DNA from: Chiloscyllium plagiosum
Lineage: Eukaryota
DNA: 62,159 nt
Direction of reading: 5' to 3'
Assembly (NCBI RefSeq): GCF_004010195.1
Contig: NC_057754.1
Span: 2,199,238 to 2,261,396, forward strand
Shown here: piece after piece, positions 1-11,845 of the stretch
Layout of the letters: each line of letters begins with the position of its first letter
Numbering within the stretch: position 1 is the stretch's first letter
Notes under the pieces: model-generated
Databases searched by the model: none
Seen by the model: only the letters and a program-made list of their open reading frames with translations
What the model was told of the DNA's origin: nothing
Translations under genes and position numbers: made by a program

Positions 1-10
1 TTTATATTTC

Positions 11-693
11 ATTGGAGATGTAGTGGACAGCAAAGAAGGTTACCTCCGATTACAGTGGGATCTTGACCAGATGGGCCAATGGGCTGAGAAGTGGCAGATG
101 GAGTTTAATTCAGATAAATGCAAGGTGCTGCATTTTGGGAAAGCAAATCTTAGCAGGACTTATACACTTAATGGTAAGGTCTTAGGGAGTGTTGCTGAAC
201 AAAGAGACCTTGAAGTGCAGGTTCATAGGTCCTTGAAAGTGAAGTTGCAGGTAGATAGGATAGTGAAGAAGGCATTTGATCTGCTTTCCTTTATTGGTCA
301 GAGTATTGAGTATAGGAGTTGGTTATGGAGGTTTACAAAATCATGAGGGGCATGGATAGGATAAATAGACAAAGTCTTTTCCCTGAGTTGGGGGAGTCCA
401 GAACTAGATGGCACAGGTTTAGGGTGAGAGGGGAAAGATATAAAAAAGACCTAAGAGGCAACTTTTTCACGCAGAGAATGGTATGTGTATGGCATGAGCT
501 GCCAGAGGAAGTGGTGGAGGCTAGTGCAATTGCAACATTTAAAAGGCATTTGGATGAGTATATGAATAGTAAGGGTTTGGAGAGATATGTGCCAGGTGCT
601 GGCAGGTGGGACTAGAATGGGTTGGGATATCTGGTCAGCATGGACGGGTTAGACTGAAGGGTCTGTTTCCGTGCTGTATATCTCTATGACTCT
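11..693 (+). mobile_element. CR1 (HER1-like) LINE 3' fragment with internal deletion
   Basis: ORFs 23-346 and 319-615 encode the CR1 RT C-terminus (WAEKWQMEFN..KCKVLHFG; SRTRWHRF..FFTQR..VW..LP); tail ends CTCTATGACTCT. Confidence 0.9.
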
Positions 694-704
694 GTTTCAG
701 TAAG

Positions 705-937
705 ATTATCTCTGACCCTTCTGCATAACAGTAAGTATAGGCCTAACCTGCTCAACATTTTTCTCATAGACAACCCTTTCCTTCCTGGAATTACAAGTGT
801 ATTCTGAATCGCATGCAAGTATATTTCTCTTCAGATGAGGAGACTAAGACTGTACGCGGTGTTCTAGGTTTGGCCTCACTAGATGTCTCAGAATTTCACT
901 GCATTTATATTCCATTCTTCCCGTAATAAAGGCCAAT
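705..937 (-). mobile_element. Old degraded CR1 fragment
   Basis: Resembles the minus-strand CR1 copy at 21850-22030 (GAGACTAAGACTGTAC..GGCCTCAC). Confidence 0.5.
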
Positions 938-1621
938 AGAAGCTTTGGCTAGATGGGAAAAATAAAAAGATTGGAGGTGTAGGGGGCAGTTCAATCTACA
1001 TTACTGTTCCATTGCTCTGCAGCAGGAACTGAGGTGCCCAGAGCACATGTAAATGTTTATTCAACTATGGTCACCTTTTCCTCAGCGTATGTTCCAGATA
1101 CATATATACTCAATCAAAGTTCTGTCTCCCTCCGGATAGTGCATGGGGATTTCTTGTGAGACAAAGGAATTGTTAATTTTGATTGCTTTATAGTGACAGT
1201 AATTAAAAGCTTGGTGTGGTGAGTATTAAAGCAGCACACAATTTGAATATTTCAAATCCGACTTCTGGTTTGTACTTAATTAACTTGTTTTAATTGACTT
1301 TAGTTGATATCAAAATAGCAGATGTTCACAGTTTCTTCTGTCTTACACCTTCACTACCAATGTTTTTACTACGTGAAGGTCATGAGGAAGTTTGGCAGTT
1401 AATTTTTCATCTCTAGTTATTCAAACCGATTCTATAAATTTACCATAATTTTCTATAGATGAAAAGACTGTTCTTAACCATTTAGTTGATAACCGAGGCA
1501 TTCTTGTGTTTACTCAGCATAGATTTTGCAAGCATTTCTTTACAGGGATTCCCTGTATCAACCCTGTGCTGTTCTGGGAAGGCGATAGCCGACTGCTATT
1601 ATTGCTAGACTATTAATCTGG

Positions 1622-1820
1622 AGAGTCGAAACGTGTGGCTCTGGAAAATCATTGCCGGTCAGGCAGCATCCAAGGAGCAGGAGAATCGATGTTTCGGGCA
1701 TAAGCCCTTCGTCAGGAAACGTCAATTCTCCTGCTCCCTGGATGCTGACTGACCTGCCATGCTTTTCCAGCAACACACTTTTCGACTCTGATCTCCAGCA
1801 TCTGCAGTCCTCACTTTTTC
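1622..1820. mobile_element. Penelope-like pLTR-derived inverted-repeat insert, family A
   Basis: ~70-bp inverted arms around a hammerhead core; 12-bp TSD CTATTAATCTGG at 1610-1621 and 1821-1832. Confidence 0.8.
1688..1715 (-). ncRNA. Minimal hammerhead ribozyme core (PLE family A)
   Basis: Minus strand reads CTGACGA-A-GGGC-TTAT-GCCC-GAAAC-ATC; stem I only ~2 bp. Confidence 0.65.
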
Positions 1821-2361
1821 CTATTAATCTGGGGACTCAGTTACATGTCTGGAGACCTGGGATCGAATCCTGCCATGGCGTGTGGTGGAATATGAATTCA
1901 ATAAAAATCTGAAATTTTTAAAAATCGCATCTGGTTCACTAATGTCCTTTAGAGACAGGAACGGCCATCCTGTGTGAATTGTCCAGGAACTTGTAGTGAG
2001 GAAGTGATGCTGTGGGAGTGACAGGTTCCTGGTTGATTTACACCATTTGGCTGATAGCTGTTGTCTAATAGCTTACCCACTTTCCTCATCGCCTCCTTCA
2101 CTGAACCCAAAATTGTTGTACATCTCTGATACATAACAGCATCAGCATCTTTTCAGTGCAGAGATTTAAGTTTCTGCTATGCATATCAGGTATAAATAGG
2201 CAACAATGGAAACAGTAGTATCAATTGGCATTAGACACTTGAAATTGTTTTCTAAAACTCGAAGAAATGTATAAACTTTACTTCTTAAAAGGAGATAATT
2301 TGACCATAATATTTGTTTTAGCTTGTAAAAGAACTATGTAGCTTCATCCCACAAGGAGTCT

Positions 2362-2840
2362 TGTAAGAGTGGTCTCAGGATTGGAAGGTTTGAGCCGAGA
2401 GGAAGAGGCTGAATAGGCTGGGGCTATTTTCCCTGAAGTGTCGAAGACTGAGGGGGTGACCTTACAGAGGTTTATAAGATCGTGAATAGGGTAGGGTAGG
2501 GTAAATAAAAAAGGTCTTTTCCACAAGTTGGGGCAGTCCAAAACCAGAGGGCATAGGTTTAGGCCAAGTGGGGAAAGATATAAAAGAGACCTAAGGTGCA
2601 ACCTTTTCACACAGAAGTTGGTGTGTGTATGGAATGAGCTGCCAGAGGAAGTGGTGGAGGCTGGTACAATTGCAATATTTAAAGGGCATCTGGATGGGTA
2701 TATGAATAGGAAGGTTTAGAGGAATATGGGCCAAGTACTGGCGAATGGGGCTAGATTTATTTAGGATATCTGGTCTGCATGGATGAGTTGGACCGAAGGG
2801 TCTGCTTCCATGCTGTATATCTCTCTGACTATATGAGTCT
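2362..2840 (+). mobile_element. CR1 (HER1-like) 3' fragment
   Basis: ORF 2528-2719 SKTRGHRF..FTQKLVCVWNELPEEVVEAG; tail matches 600-693. Confidence 0.9.
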
Positions 2841-3189
2841 TCCTATTGTGTTTAAATCATGTAGATCTTACTTGGTGAACTGGGTCACCACCAATGTGAA
2901 GTCCAAGAGTAGATTTGTAACAACATATTGAAGTGGATTCAGAAGTTGTTGGCCTCGTGTACACTCTATTTAAATCTATTGTATCCCAGATCAATACATT
3001 TGTAAATTATTTTTCTACATAATATTAAGACACCATGACCTAAGTTCAGTTTAAAGAAGGAATAATAATTGTATAAAAGACCATATTTTCTCTCACCTTG
3101 ATCCACAAGGTGCGCTTTTGGAAAGCGGCACTATAATGTTATAATTGGAATTGCCTGAGATTTCGCTGCACGTATTAGATTGGTTCAAC

Positions 3190-3455
3190 TGAGTCCTATT
3201 CAACTGGGCGTAAAAGAGGCCATGACTGCTATTTCAAAAGAGAACAAGAGAATTTGCCTCAGTTTCCTGGGCCAATATCGGTCCCTCAACCAAAGGCAGG
3301 CAGAGTGAATCATTGTCACATTGCTATCTCCTGGAAATTGAAGTGAGCTGCTGAACTTTCTACAATGCAATAAGTATACTTCGGAGTTATTTCCTTGTCA
3401 GTAAAATGCCTTGAGAGATCCTATGGATGTGAAAGATGCTGATTAAATACAGGTT
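3190..3455 (+). mobile_element. Deu-domain-type SINE, degraded
   Basis: GGGCGTAAAAGAGGCCATG..CCTGGGCCAATATCGGTCCCTCAACC; tail GTGAAAGATGCTGATTAAATAC. Confidence 0.6.
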
Positions 3456-3895
3456 TTGTTATTCATCCCAAGGTGAGTGAACTACAAAAACCCATTCTGC
3501 AATAATCTTCTGAACAGGTTAAAAAAAAATGACCACATGACCCATGAGGATCATTATACATAGAGCACCTGGGAATGAGGAGAGCAGCTGGAATGTAGCC
3601 AAAGGGTTCAAATGCTTTATATATAGAAGAACATTTGCAGGCTGAAGCTAATTGAACAGTTTGGATAGTTTATATATAGACAGAAAGATGCCCCTAAGGT
3701 TACAGAGTGGAATCTAATCAAGAAGCTTCAGTAGCTAATACTGTATTTGGAATTACGGATGGATAGGAATGAGTTACAAGTCAGAATCTACATGAAATGT
3801 TCCAAATAGTGTTTGTATTTATTGATTGACCTGCTCACTGCCATATATATAGCCTTACAATTACTCCAGAATGGAGTAATTTTATGTTGTTAACA

Positions 3896-4014
3896 AAATG
3901 TTGAATATCTGAAATAAAAATAGAAAATGTTGGAACACCAAGCAAGTTAACTCCTTACTGGTGCTGACCAACTTGCTGGTCAGTGTTTTCACAGTATTCT
4001 CATTTCATTTCACA
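3896..4014. mobile_element. Degenerate PLE-type inverted-repeat relic
   Basis: Arms resemble those of the 44700 and 47141 inserts; no hammerhead core left. Confidence 0.45.
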
Positions 4015-4404
4015 GTGTACTGTTGATTCAAAGGGCTGATTGTATTGTAGGGTTAGCTGCATCCTTGTTCTAGACTTAAGTATATGCCTGTGTGATGCTT
4101 GCAGTAGAAGAGTAACAGCTATAGTATCCTTAAATTGAAATTATTACAGTTTATTAACAAAGAGCTCCATGGGTTGATATATATTGAAGGTAGATTGGTA
4201 AGTTTTGTTAAAATTTGTTGTGATATGGACACATGCACATACATACACACAACCACAGACACACGCACACACGCATGCGCTCATACACAACCACTTTCAA
4301 GTAAAGTCAGGAACTTCAAAATAAAAATTCATGAGGATTGCAAATGCCATCAGATGTCTTCATGCTGCCTGTTTGCATCAGTGGTGGAGGACGTGAATGA
4401 TCAA

Positions 4405-5465
4405 GATGTTAGATGGGGTGCCAACCAAGCGAGCTGCTTGTCCTGGATAATGTCAAGCTCCTTGAGTGTTGTTGGAGCTGCACCCATCCAGGCCATTGAG
4501 GAGCATTCTGTTACACTCCTGACTTGTGCCTTATAGAAGGTGGACATGCTTTGCAGAATCAGAAGAATTATCACGTCAGAATTGAGAGTCTGTAAGTACA
4601 CTATTTATATGGCTAGTCCGTTCAATTTCTGCTGAATAGTAATCTCCACACCGTCAAGTGGGAATATTCAGTGGTAGAACTCCAAGAGAATGTCGTGGGT
4701 GATGGTTAGATTCTCTCGTGTTGAAAATGAGCATTGCATGGTACTTGTGTGGCAAAGGTGTTAACTTGCCACTTGTCATCTCAAGCATGGATATTACTTA
4801 GGGCTTGATGCAAATGGACACAGACTGCTTCAATCTCTGAGAAATTGTAAATGGATGTTGTATGATTATTGTTGTATAACATTGAATAATTATCATTGAA
4901 AATCCCCACTTCTGATGAAAGGAAGGTCACTGATGAAGCAGCTGCATACAGTTGGGGCCAGGCTACTACCCTGAGGGACTCCTGTAGAGATGTCCTTAGA
5001 CTGAAATGACTGATCTCTAAAAACCACAGCCGTCTTCCTTTGTGCTAGGTACGACACCAAGCAGCAATTGGGTTTTTCTCTCAATTCCAATTGACTTCAG
5101 TTTTGCTGGAGATCCATGATGTCACACTCGGGCAAATGCCAACCATCTCAAGGCCAATCAATCTCACCTCACCTCTAGCTCTTGTCCCCAAATTTGGGCC
5201 AAGGCTGTATGAGGTCTGAAGCCAAGTGCTCCGAATGGAATCTAAACTGAATGCCATTGGCAGGTAGTTCCTTCGTAAGTGTTACTTGACAGCCCTGTAC
5301 TTGACTCCTTCCATCACTTTGCTGATGGTGGAGAATATTGGATTGGTGTTGCTTTTTATGGATACTGAGTCAATATTTATATTGTCAAGTAGGATACCAT
5401 TGTTGTAGCTGAACTTGAATGCCTTGGCTAGAGGGGTGGCTACTTCTGGTGTATGTCTTCAGTAA
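4405..5465 (-). mobile_element. LINE-B (CR1/L2-group) RT fragment
   Basis: ORF 4893-5090 GVPQGSSLAPTVCSCFISDLP; homologous to the plus copy at 52515-54050. Confidence 0.8.
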
Positions 5466-5469
5466 TATT

Positions 5470-5580
5470 ATTAAAAATCGCACAACACCATGTTATAGTC
5501 AACCAGGTTTATTTGGAAGTACAGACTTTTGGAGCACTGCTCCTTTGTCAGGTAACTTGTGGTGCAGAATTTATAGTAGC
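5470..5580 (-). mobile_element. PLE family C pLTR fragment with decayed hammerhead
   Basis: Matches the left arm of 24578-24874; minus strand CTGACAA-A-GGAGC-AGT-GCTCC-AAAA. Confidence 0.7.
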
Positions 5581-5591
5581 TACCTACACTG

Positions 5592-5750
5592 CCCAGGGAA
5601 CTCGGTGGCTGGTGAGCTGGACAGAACTCTAGCACTCGGCAGCATTATGGCATCGTCACCGACCAGGGCGCTTGGTAGCCAGTGAGCTGGACAGAACTCC
5701 AGCACTCGGCAGCATTACGGCATCGTCACGGTCCAGGGCACTCGTGGTGA
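5592..5750. repeat. 70-bp tandem repeat, ~2.3 copies
   Basis: GTGAGCTGGACAGAACTC starts at 5612 and 5682. Confidence 0.85.
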
Positions 5751-5894
5751 GGCAGCTGGTGAGCCCAGATGGTGATTGGAAACAAGGTAGCTGGTGAGTG
5801 GGAAGGGACCCTGGCAGTTGGCAGTGAGATGGCAGTGTGGAGATTGAGTCAAGCATGGGGGAGTGCAAGCCCTCATGGGGAAAACCAAGCATAT

Positions 5895-6297
5895 AGAATC
5901 ATGGGATCCCTACAGTCTGGAATCAGGCCATTCAGCCAATTGAGTCCACACCGCCCCTCTGAAGAGCATCCCACCCAGACCCACCTGCTTACACTACTCG
6001 ATCCCAGTAACCCTGCATTTCCTATGGGTAATCCACCTAGCCTGGACACTATGGGCAGTTTAGCAAGACCTAACCTGCATATCTTTGGACTTGGGATGAA
6101 ACCGGAGCACGCAGAGGAAACCTACACAGATGCAGGGAGAATGTACAAACTCCACACAGACAGTCACCCAAGGATGGAACTGAACCCAGGTCCCTGGCAC
6201 TGTGAGGCAGCATGCCACCTGTAACCACTGAGTCACCATGCCACTCCTGTAACCATTGAACTACAGGTGACACCCATAACCACTGAGCCACCCGTCA
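5895..6297 (-). mobile_element. HE1-type V-SINE with reiterated 5' end
   Basis: Reverse complement of the HE1-like copy at 42940 (tRNA head, TGTGTGGAGTTTG..TTCTCCC, CR1-type tail). Confidence 0.85.
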
Positions 6298-7109
6298 TCC
6301 CATCTCTGTAATTGGAGTCATATAGGATAAGGTTCATCTCTTATTCTGCAGATGTCAGGATCTTACATTCCAATGTGTGAACAAATGACACAACCATTGA
6401 AATACTGAGATGGTGTACAAACAATGTTGCATCCTATCAATAATCATATCAATGACTGTAAAATTACTCGAATAACATTTTCACTGTACCATACAATTAA
6501 GAATAATTGTTTCTAACAAAATATGTAAAATGTAGATGTCTTCTCCGACACATTTAATTGACCAAGTCAGTTTGTAATATTAGACCTTTTCAATCTGCAT
6601 GATTCCTCTTTCAGGATAAGTTGCATCGTCAGTACAAACCTCTGGTTTCAACATTTTGTTTACGTCTTTGAATGTGGCAAACAAGACTGAAATTGCAGCG
6701 AGTGTAATTAAAACAGACATAAGTTGCTGAACCAGATTCTTGTCCCTTTAGGCCCTTTAACCTCAATCTTCTAAAACAGTTACAGTGTCGGTTACCAGTA
6801 ATTGTCTCACTCACAATGGGTTCAAATGAAGCCATTTGAGAAGTTAGCCAAGGCAAAATCCCAAAATGTTACTCCAAACTAATATGGTACCCTAAAAGTT
6901 AGCAATATCATCAAAATCTTGCAACATGGCACCTCCAACAGTTCAGCACTGCCAGGACACTGGAGTGGAGTTTCAGTTCAGATTTCTTTTTCGACACTCT
7001 GAAATGGGGCTCCATGCCACTGAACCTTGGTTGACATATGGGTCACGAATGCACATCATCGTCCCAAATGAATCTACCACTAAGAGTCATCTTGAAATCT
7101 GTACAGAGC

Positions 7110-7375
7110 AGCAGGTGTAATTTAAATTAAATCCATAATTCTGGAACGTAGAGCTACTCTCTGTGGTGATCACACAATTGTCGTCTGCTTGTCATAAATC
7201 CCACCTGATTTATTAATGCCTTTTAGGTTGACCTTACCTAGTCTGGCCTATATGTGACACCAGATCCACAGCATTGTGAATGACTGTTTAAGTTGCCCTC
7301 TGAAATGGGCCTAGTGGGATGGATGGGTGACAAACGTTGGCCATGCCAACTGCACCCACATCCCATGAAGAAATT
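7110..7375 (+). mobile_element. SINE-B, 3' part
   Basis: CCTTACCTAGTCTGGCCTATATGTGAC and tail CCCACATCCCATGAA. Confidence 0.65.
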
Positions 7376-7609
7376 ACTGATTCTGACAAGCTACCAGCTC
7401 TGAAAGGACAGCATAATTTCTTGAACTGCTGGAAGCCATTGCAGGACTTAGCAACATTGGTGGCGGCTGCATTGGTGATGTCCAGCGAGGACTCATGGTG
7501 GCAGCAATGTAGGTAGAGGCAAAATGGTGCCGAAAAGTAATGACTCTTGTTCCAACTGCACAGCAAGGGGACTCGTGACTGGCTGCTCCGAGGGCCGTGC
7601 CTGAACATT

Positions 7610-7785
7610 TAACAAGAAAGACTTTAAAGTTGAACTCTGTTTCTTTATTCTTCTACCTTTAAATTCTGTGTTTTGGTTTACTTTTCTGTATTTTACGAAG
7701 ATGCTGAATAGTGGCGACACTATATAACACTTTTCACTGCATTTGTAACAAAAATACACATGACAATAAATAAATCGAGTCAAAA
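7610..7785 (+). mobile_element. Rex1/Babar-type 3' tail remnant
   Basis: CTTTTCACTG..CATGACAATAAATAAATC similar to 39795-39846. Confidence 0.5.
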
Positions 7786-8302
7786 GAAGTGCAGCCTTTT
7801 GGAGCACTGACCATCAAATATGTTTGAGGCCGTTATGATGTGTAAGCTCTGCTGCACTTGAGCAGACACCTTTTTACGGTGCCTGACTCTAAGACCATCC
7901 AATCTTACCTTTTCTATATCCTTTTCCTGCTCTTAATAATAGAGTAGAGACACTTCCACTGAGAATTAGTTGCCTTCAGCGCAGAGCCATATTTTGAGTG
8001 CAGGTGATTAAACTAGCAGCACAAGTCTTGACTGAACTCTAAAGGACTAATGAGGTGATTTTCAGACCAAACTTTAGTGGTAATTTACAAAACGGTCTTC
8101 TCAATGTGATATCCCCTCAGGGATACCTTACTGCAGCTCTCAGCCTAACTTAAATAATGACAGTAATTGTTTGGGGCAGGTTTAGGGTAATGAAGAAATG
8201 GATTGGAGGGGTTAGTCACAACCCTCGACTCCAGTTATATTAAGCTTTTTATCTCCTGAGTTTAAAACTACTCAAAACTACTATCTGAGTTTAAGTGGGG
8301 AT

Positions 8303-8502
8303 TTAGAGTCATAGAGATATACAGCACGGAAACAGACCCTTCGGTCCAACTCGTCCATGCCGACCAGGTATCCTAAATTAATCCAGTCCCATTTGGCCCA
8401 TATCCCTATAACCCCTTTCGATCCATGTCCCCATCCAGATGCCTGTTAAATGTTGTCATTGTACCAGCCTCCACCACTTCCTCTGGCAGCTCAATCCATA
8501 CA
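8303..8502 (-). mobile_element. CR1 (HER1-like) 3' end
   Basis: AGAGTCATAGAGATATACAGCACGGAAACAGACCCTTCGGTCC is the reverse complement of the 650-693 tail. Confidence 0.9.
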
Positions 8503-10094
8503 CATATTTGCGCAGTTTTTTTTGTATAATCCAGTTTGAAACGGGAAAGAAAAATCCATTTCCTTAATTCTGGATAAAGTAGAGCAGGAGTAAATAGGAA
8601 ATGAATGTGTACAACTCATAACAATGAAATAACGTCTGCTAGAGACAATGTATGGGAATAGCAATTCTGCAAGATCAAGGCCTCCACCACCTCAAGGGCA
8701 ACTACATCTTGACCTTGTCAGAGATGCCCATATCCCAAGATGGATTTTTGTATTTCCAATCAACAGATTGTGATATTTTAGTCTGGTCCATGATACATGC
8801 AGAACTTCTCAACCTAGTGAATGGGTTAGAATATGGGACCTGTGAGCTGGATAAACACTTGAAGGAGAAGGGCACACAGGATATGATGATAAGATAAAAT
8901 GAAGAGGGGTGGGATGAGGCTAGGGTAAGTGATAAACATTGAGCTAAATGGCCTTTTTTTCCTATGTTGGTGCATTCACCCATTTCTCATCAGATCCTTC
9001 CTTCATATCAATGTCAACAAATGCATAAAGCGAGCTCCTGCTTTTCTAAGTTGTCCTTGTAACATATTCCATAATGTGTGATGCTCTGGATGATTGAGTT
9101 TTATCTGACTTCTCTTTTTAGTTCTACTTCTCATTTATTAATTTCTGTAAAATTACCTTACATTGTCAGATAACAAATATTTCCATTCCCTGTGACTAGG
9201 CACTTGCACTGAGCCCAGATTTATAGCACTGAGTCTCTAGTTTTTGGGATCAATAGTGAGAGGACTCTATAGTAAAATAGAAAGATGACATTTCATGCTG
9301 ATAACTGCTTCTGTAAGTTCCTCTGTGAATCTGCCATTTGGTGCCTTTCCAATGCTCCTAGTCTGTCTCTGGGGATTCTTTAACAATTGTGGAACATGTG
9401 TGTAATGGGCATTTAGAATTTATTTAAACCGCCTCCAAAGGAAAGCACATAAACATTGCAAGAGGGCACTGACTCCAATAGAACCCATGATGGATGGCTC
9501 TCCTGGGACCCCAGTCAGTGCCGCATGTAGAACAAACTGTTTTCTGTTTACCCCTCACAGATAAACAATGGTGTTTGGAGAAACTATCTAATTTAAACTA
9601 CATATCTCGTGAAGATTTATTTTGTGCTGTGACTGTAGGATCATAATGAGAAATGGAGGGGACTGCTGTGCATTCTAAATTTGTTGAGAGGATATAGCGT
9701 ACATCTCTTAATGAGAGAAAGCCCTGATGGCAAGTAAGCGGCAGCTTTATCTGCTCACACCAGTTGTAATCAGTCAATTTACCACCGTTTGGAGAATAAT
9801 CAGTGCTTTGGGAGTGTGCAGGCCTGTGGTACACATTTACCTCAGCATATGGCACTGACCTAATGAGGAATGATTCCAATGATGCCAGCCTTCACTCCTG
9901 TTCCTCGATTTCATCTTCACAGACTGTGAATGTTAGTAATCTCATCCAGTCTGAGGGGTTCCACTGATAAGCTTGTTCCCTACCCTCACCCATTGTACCT
10001 ATGCTTTCCAGCAGGCTTTCCAAATAACACTTTCCAGACTGGGATCAGTAATTCATTTCCCTTCCTAGACAACATCATCCAGGCTCAATTCTAT

Positions 10095-10650
10095 AAAATA
10101 AATTCAAAGAGGCTAATGAAATGGTGGCCTTTATATCCAAAGGACAAGAATACAAGATGGGGGAGGGGTGTTGAAATCATTCTTCAGTTATTCAAAACCC
10201 TTTTTACATTCCACCCTTCTGAACTCCACACCTTAGGAAGGCTGAATTGACCTTAGAGCGCAGTAGGATTTATTAGAATGATAACTTGGCTCCGATGGTT
10301 AAGATATCAGGAGATACTAAACAAAGTAAGGTTGCATTTCTGGGATAGTTGAAGGTTAATGGATGATTTGGATGAAGTTTTTGAAAATTGTTAGTGAATA
10401 GTTGGGTAGAGTGAAACAATTTCCTCTGGTTGAGTACAGGACTGGGAAGTAGTGTCTAAAAATTAGAGCCAGATCTTTTAGGAGTGAAATTAGGGAAGAC
10501 TTCTATCCACAAAGTATGGCAGAAGTTTGAAACTATATTGCAAATGGTAAGCAACATGGATCTCATATTGACTGTTGTCAACTGATGAAAGCTGTTAAGG
10601 GACGTAGGGCAAACTCAGTTGAGACTATAATGACCTTGCTAGTTCATAGA
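10095..10650 (+). mobile_element. Old CR1 3' fragment
   Basis: GAGGCTAATGAAATGGTGGCCTTTATATCC and AAAATTAGAGCCAGA..AGGAGTGAAATTAGG, similar to other CR1 copies. Confidence 0.6.
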
Positions 10651-11119
10651 AGTGGCAACATTACATACCCCTGGGGAATTCTACTCGTTACAAGTTTCTA
10701 GCCTGAGTTTCACTCCACTTTTTTGCTTTCTGTACTTCAGCCATGCTCTCCTTAGTTGCGTGTGTGACTCGCTGCTGTAAGTCTCTGATATAGTGTTTCA
10801 TTAAAGTACTTTAATCCTTCAAACTACATCCACTGCATTTCCTTTGTCTAACTTCACTTTTGTTACTAGTTAGTCAACCACAAAGCTGCTTTGTGGGAAA
10901 TCAATGCTGAATAGTCCTGATTAGTGTGTTCCTCCTAGCATTTAATAGGTTTGTCTTTCCTTAAAGACTCTAGTAATCTACCAACATCTGAAGTAATACC
11001 AACAAGCCTTCAGGTTTTTTGACTTATCACTATCTTTTCTGATGAGAAGCACCACATATTCCACCCTCGAGTTGGGTTATTCAATTTTCATTTCCAAAGT
11101 AAACACACACATTTTCTTC

Positions 11120-11385
11120 CCTGAACTCTTTCAAGCTGTTGAGCTTCAATGATCTCTATATTTTGAATTTGAGTGGCTGATTTATTAACATTAATTCCTG
11201 AACCCCAGCATGACCAAAGAATGCGTTGCTGGCCGTTTACAATTTGAGAAACCTTGTGGTCTGCCAGTTGGTTGCCATGCTTCCCCAAACTGCAGCTGGA
11301 ACCTCTATTCAAAAGTACTTCATTTTCTGTAAAGCACTTTGTGATGTCCTGATGTGGTGAGACATATCACAGAGACCTATTTCTC
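11120..11385 (+). mobile_element. Deu-type SINE, 3' part
   Basis: TTCAAAAGTACTTCATTTTCTGTAAAGCACTTTGTGATGTCCTGA tail. Confidence 0.6.
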
Positions 11386-11727
11386 TTTGAATGTCATACT
11401 AATAGTTCTTTCCTCACTTCTCATGATTCAATATTTCCACCCTTCTTTGAAAACTGATGCATAATACTTCTACCACTTGCATCAGTGCTGTACTTTCCAG
11501 AATAAGTTTGCCTCTTGTATCTCATATAGCTTGACTGCCCTCTTTTGACTAATGGACCTTGGTAGCACTAAACATCCCAGAAAAAAATATTTTTATTAAA
11601 GTTATAGGTGTCTAATGCACCACTCCAGTTTATTCCCAGACATATCCTGACGTTCAGTTCCACAGCTCCATTGCTGTCTTGTATTTCACCCAATCAACAC
11701 TCCTCATGAAGTTCGGTAAAGAGTGTT

Positions 11728-11845
11728 GATAAAGTGTGGAGCTGGAAAAAGTACAGCAGGTCAAGCAGCATCAGAGGAGCGGGAGAGTCGATGTTTCAGG
11801 CCAGGGCTCTTCATCAGGACCCAGCAGTCCTCACTATCTCCTAGA
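11728..11845. mobile_element. PLE family A insert with decayed hammerhead
   Basis: Homologous to 1622-1820; imperfect TSD TAAAGAGTGTT (11717) / TAATGAGTGTT (11846). Confidence 0.75.

Larger units (their letters stand above)
1590..1972 (+). mobile_element. tRNA-type SINE (SINE-B) interrupted by a PLE insert
   Basis: B-box-like GGATCGAATCC and core CTGGTTCACTAATGTCCTTTAG shared with copies at 35495 and 18905. Confidence 0.65.

Noticed and set aside
4135..4536. 133-aa ORF
   Set aside because: Spans a degenerate CA-rich tract and antisense LINE-B sequence
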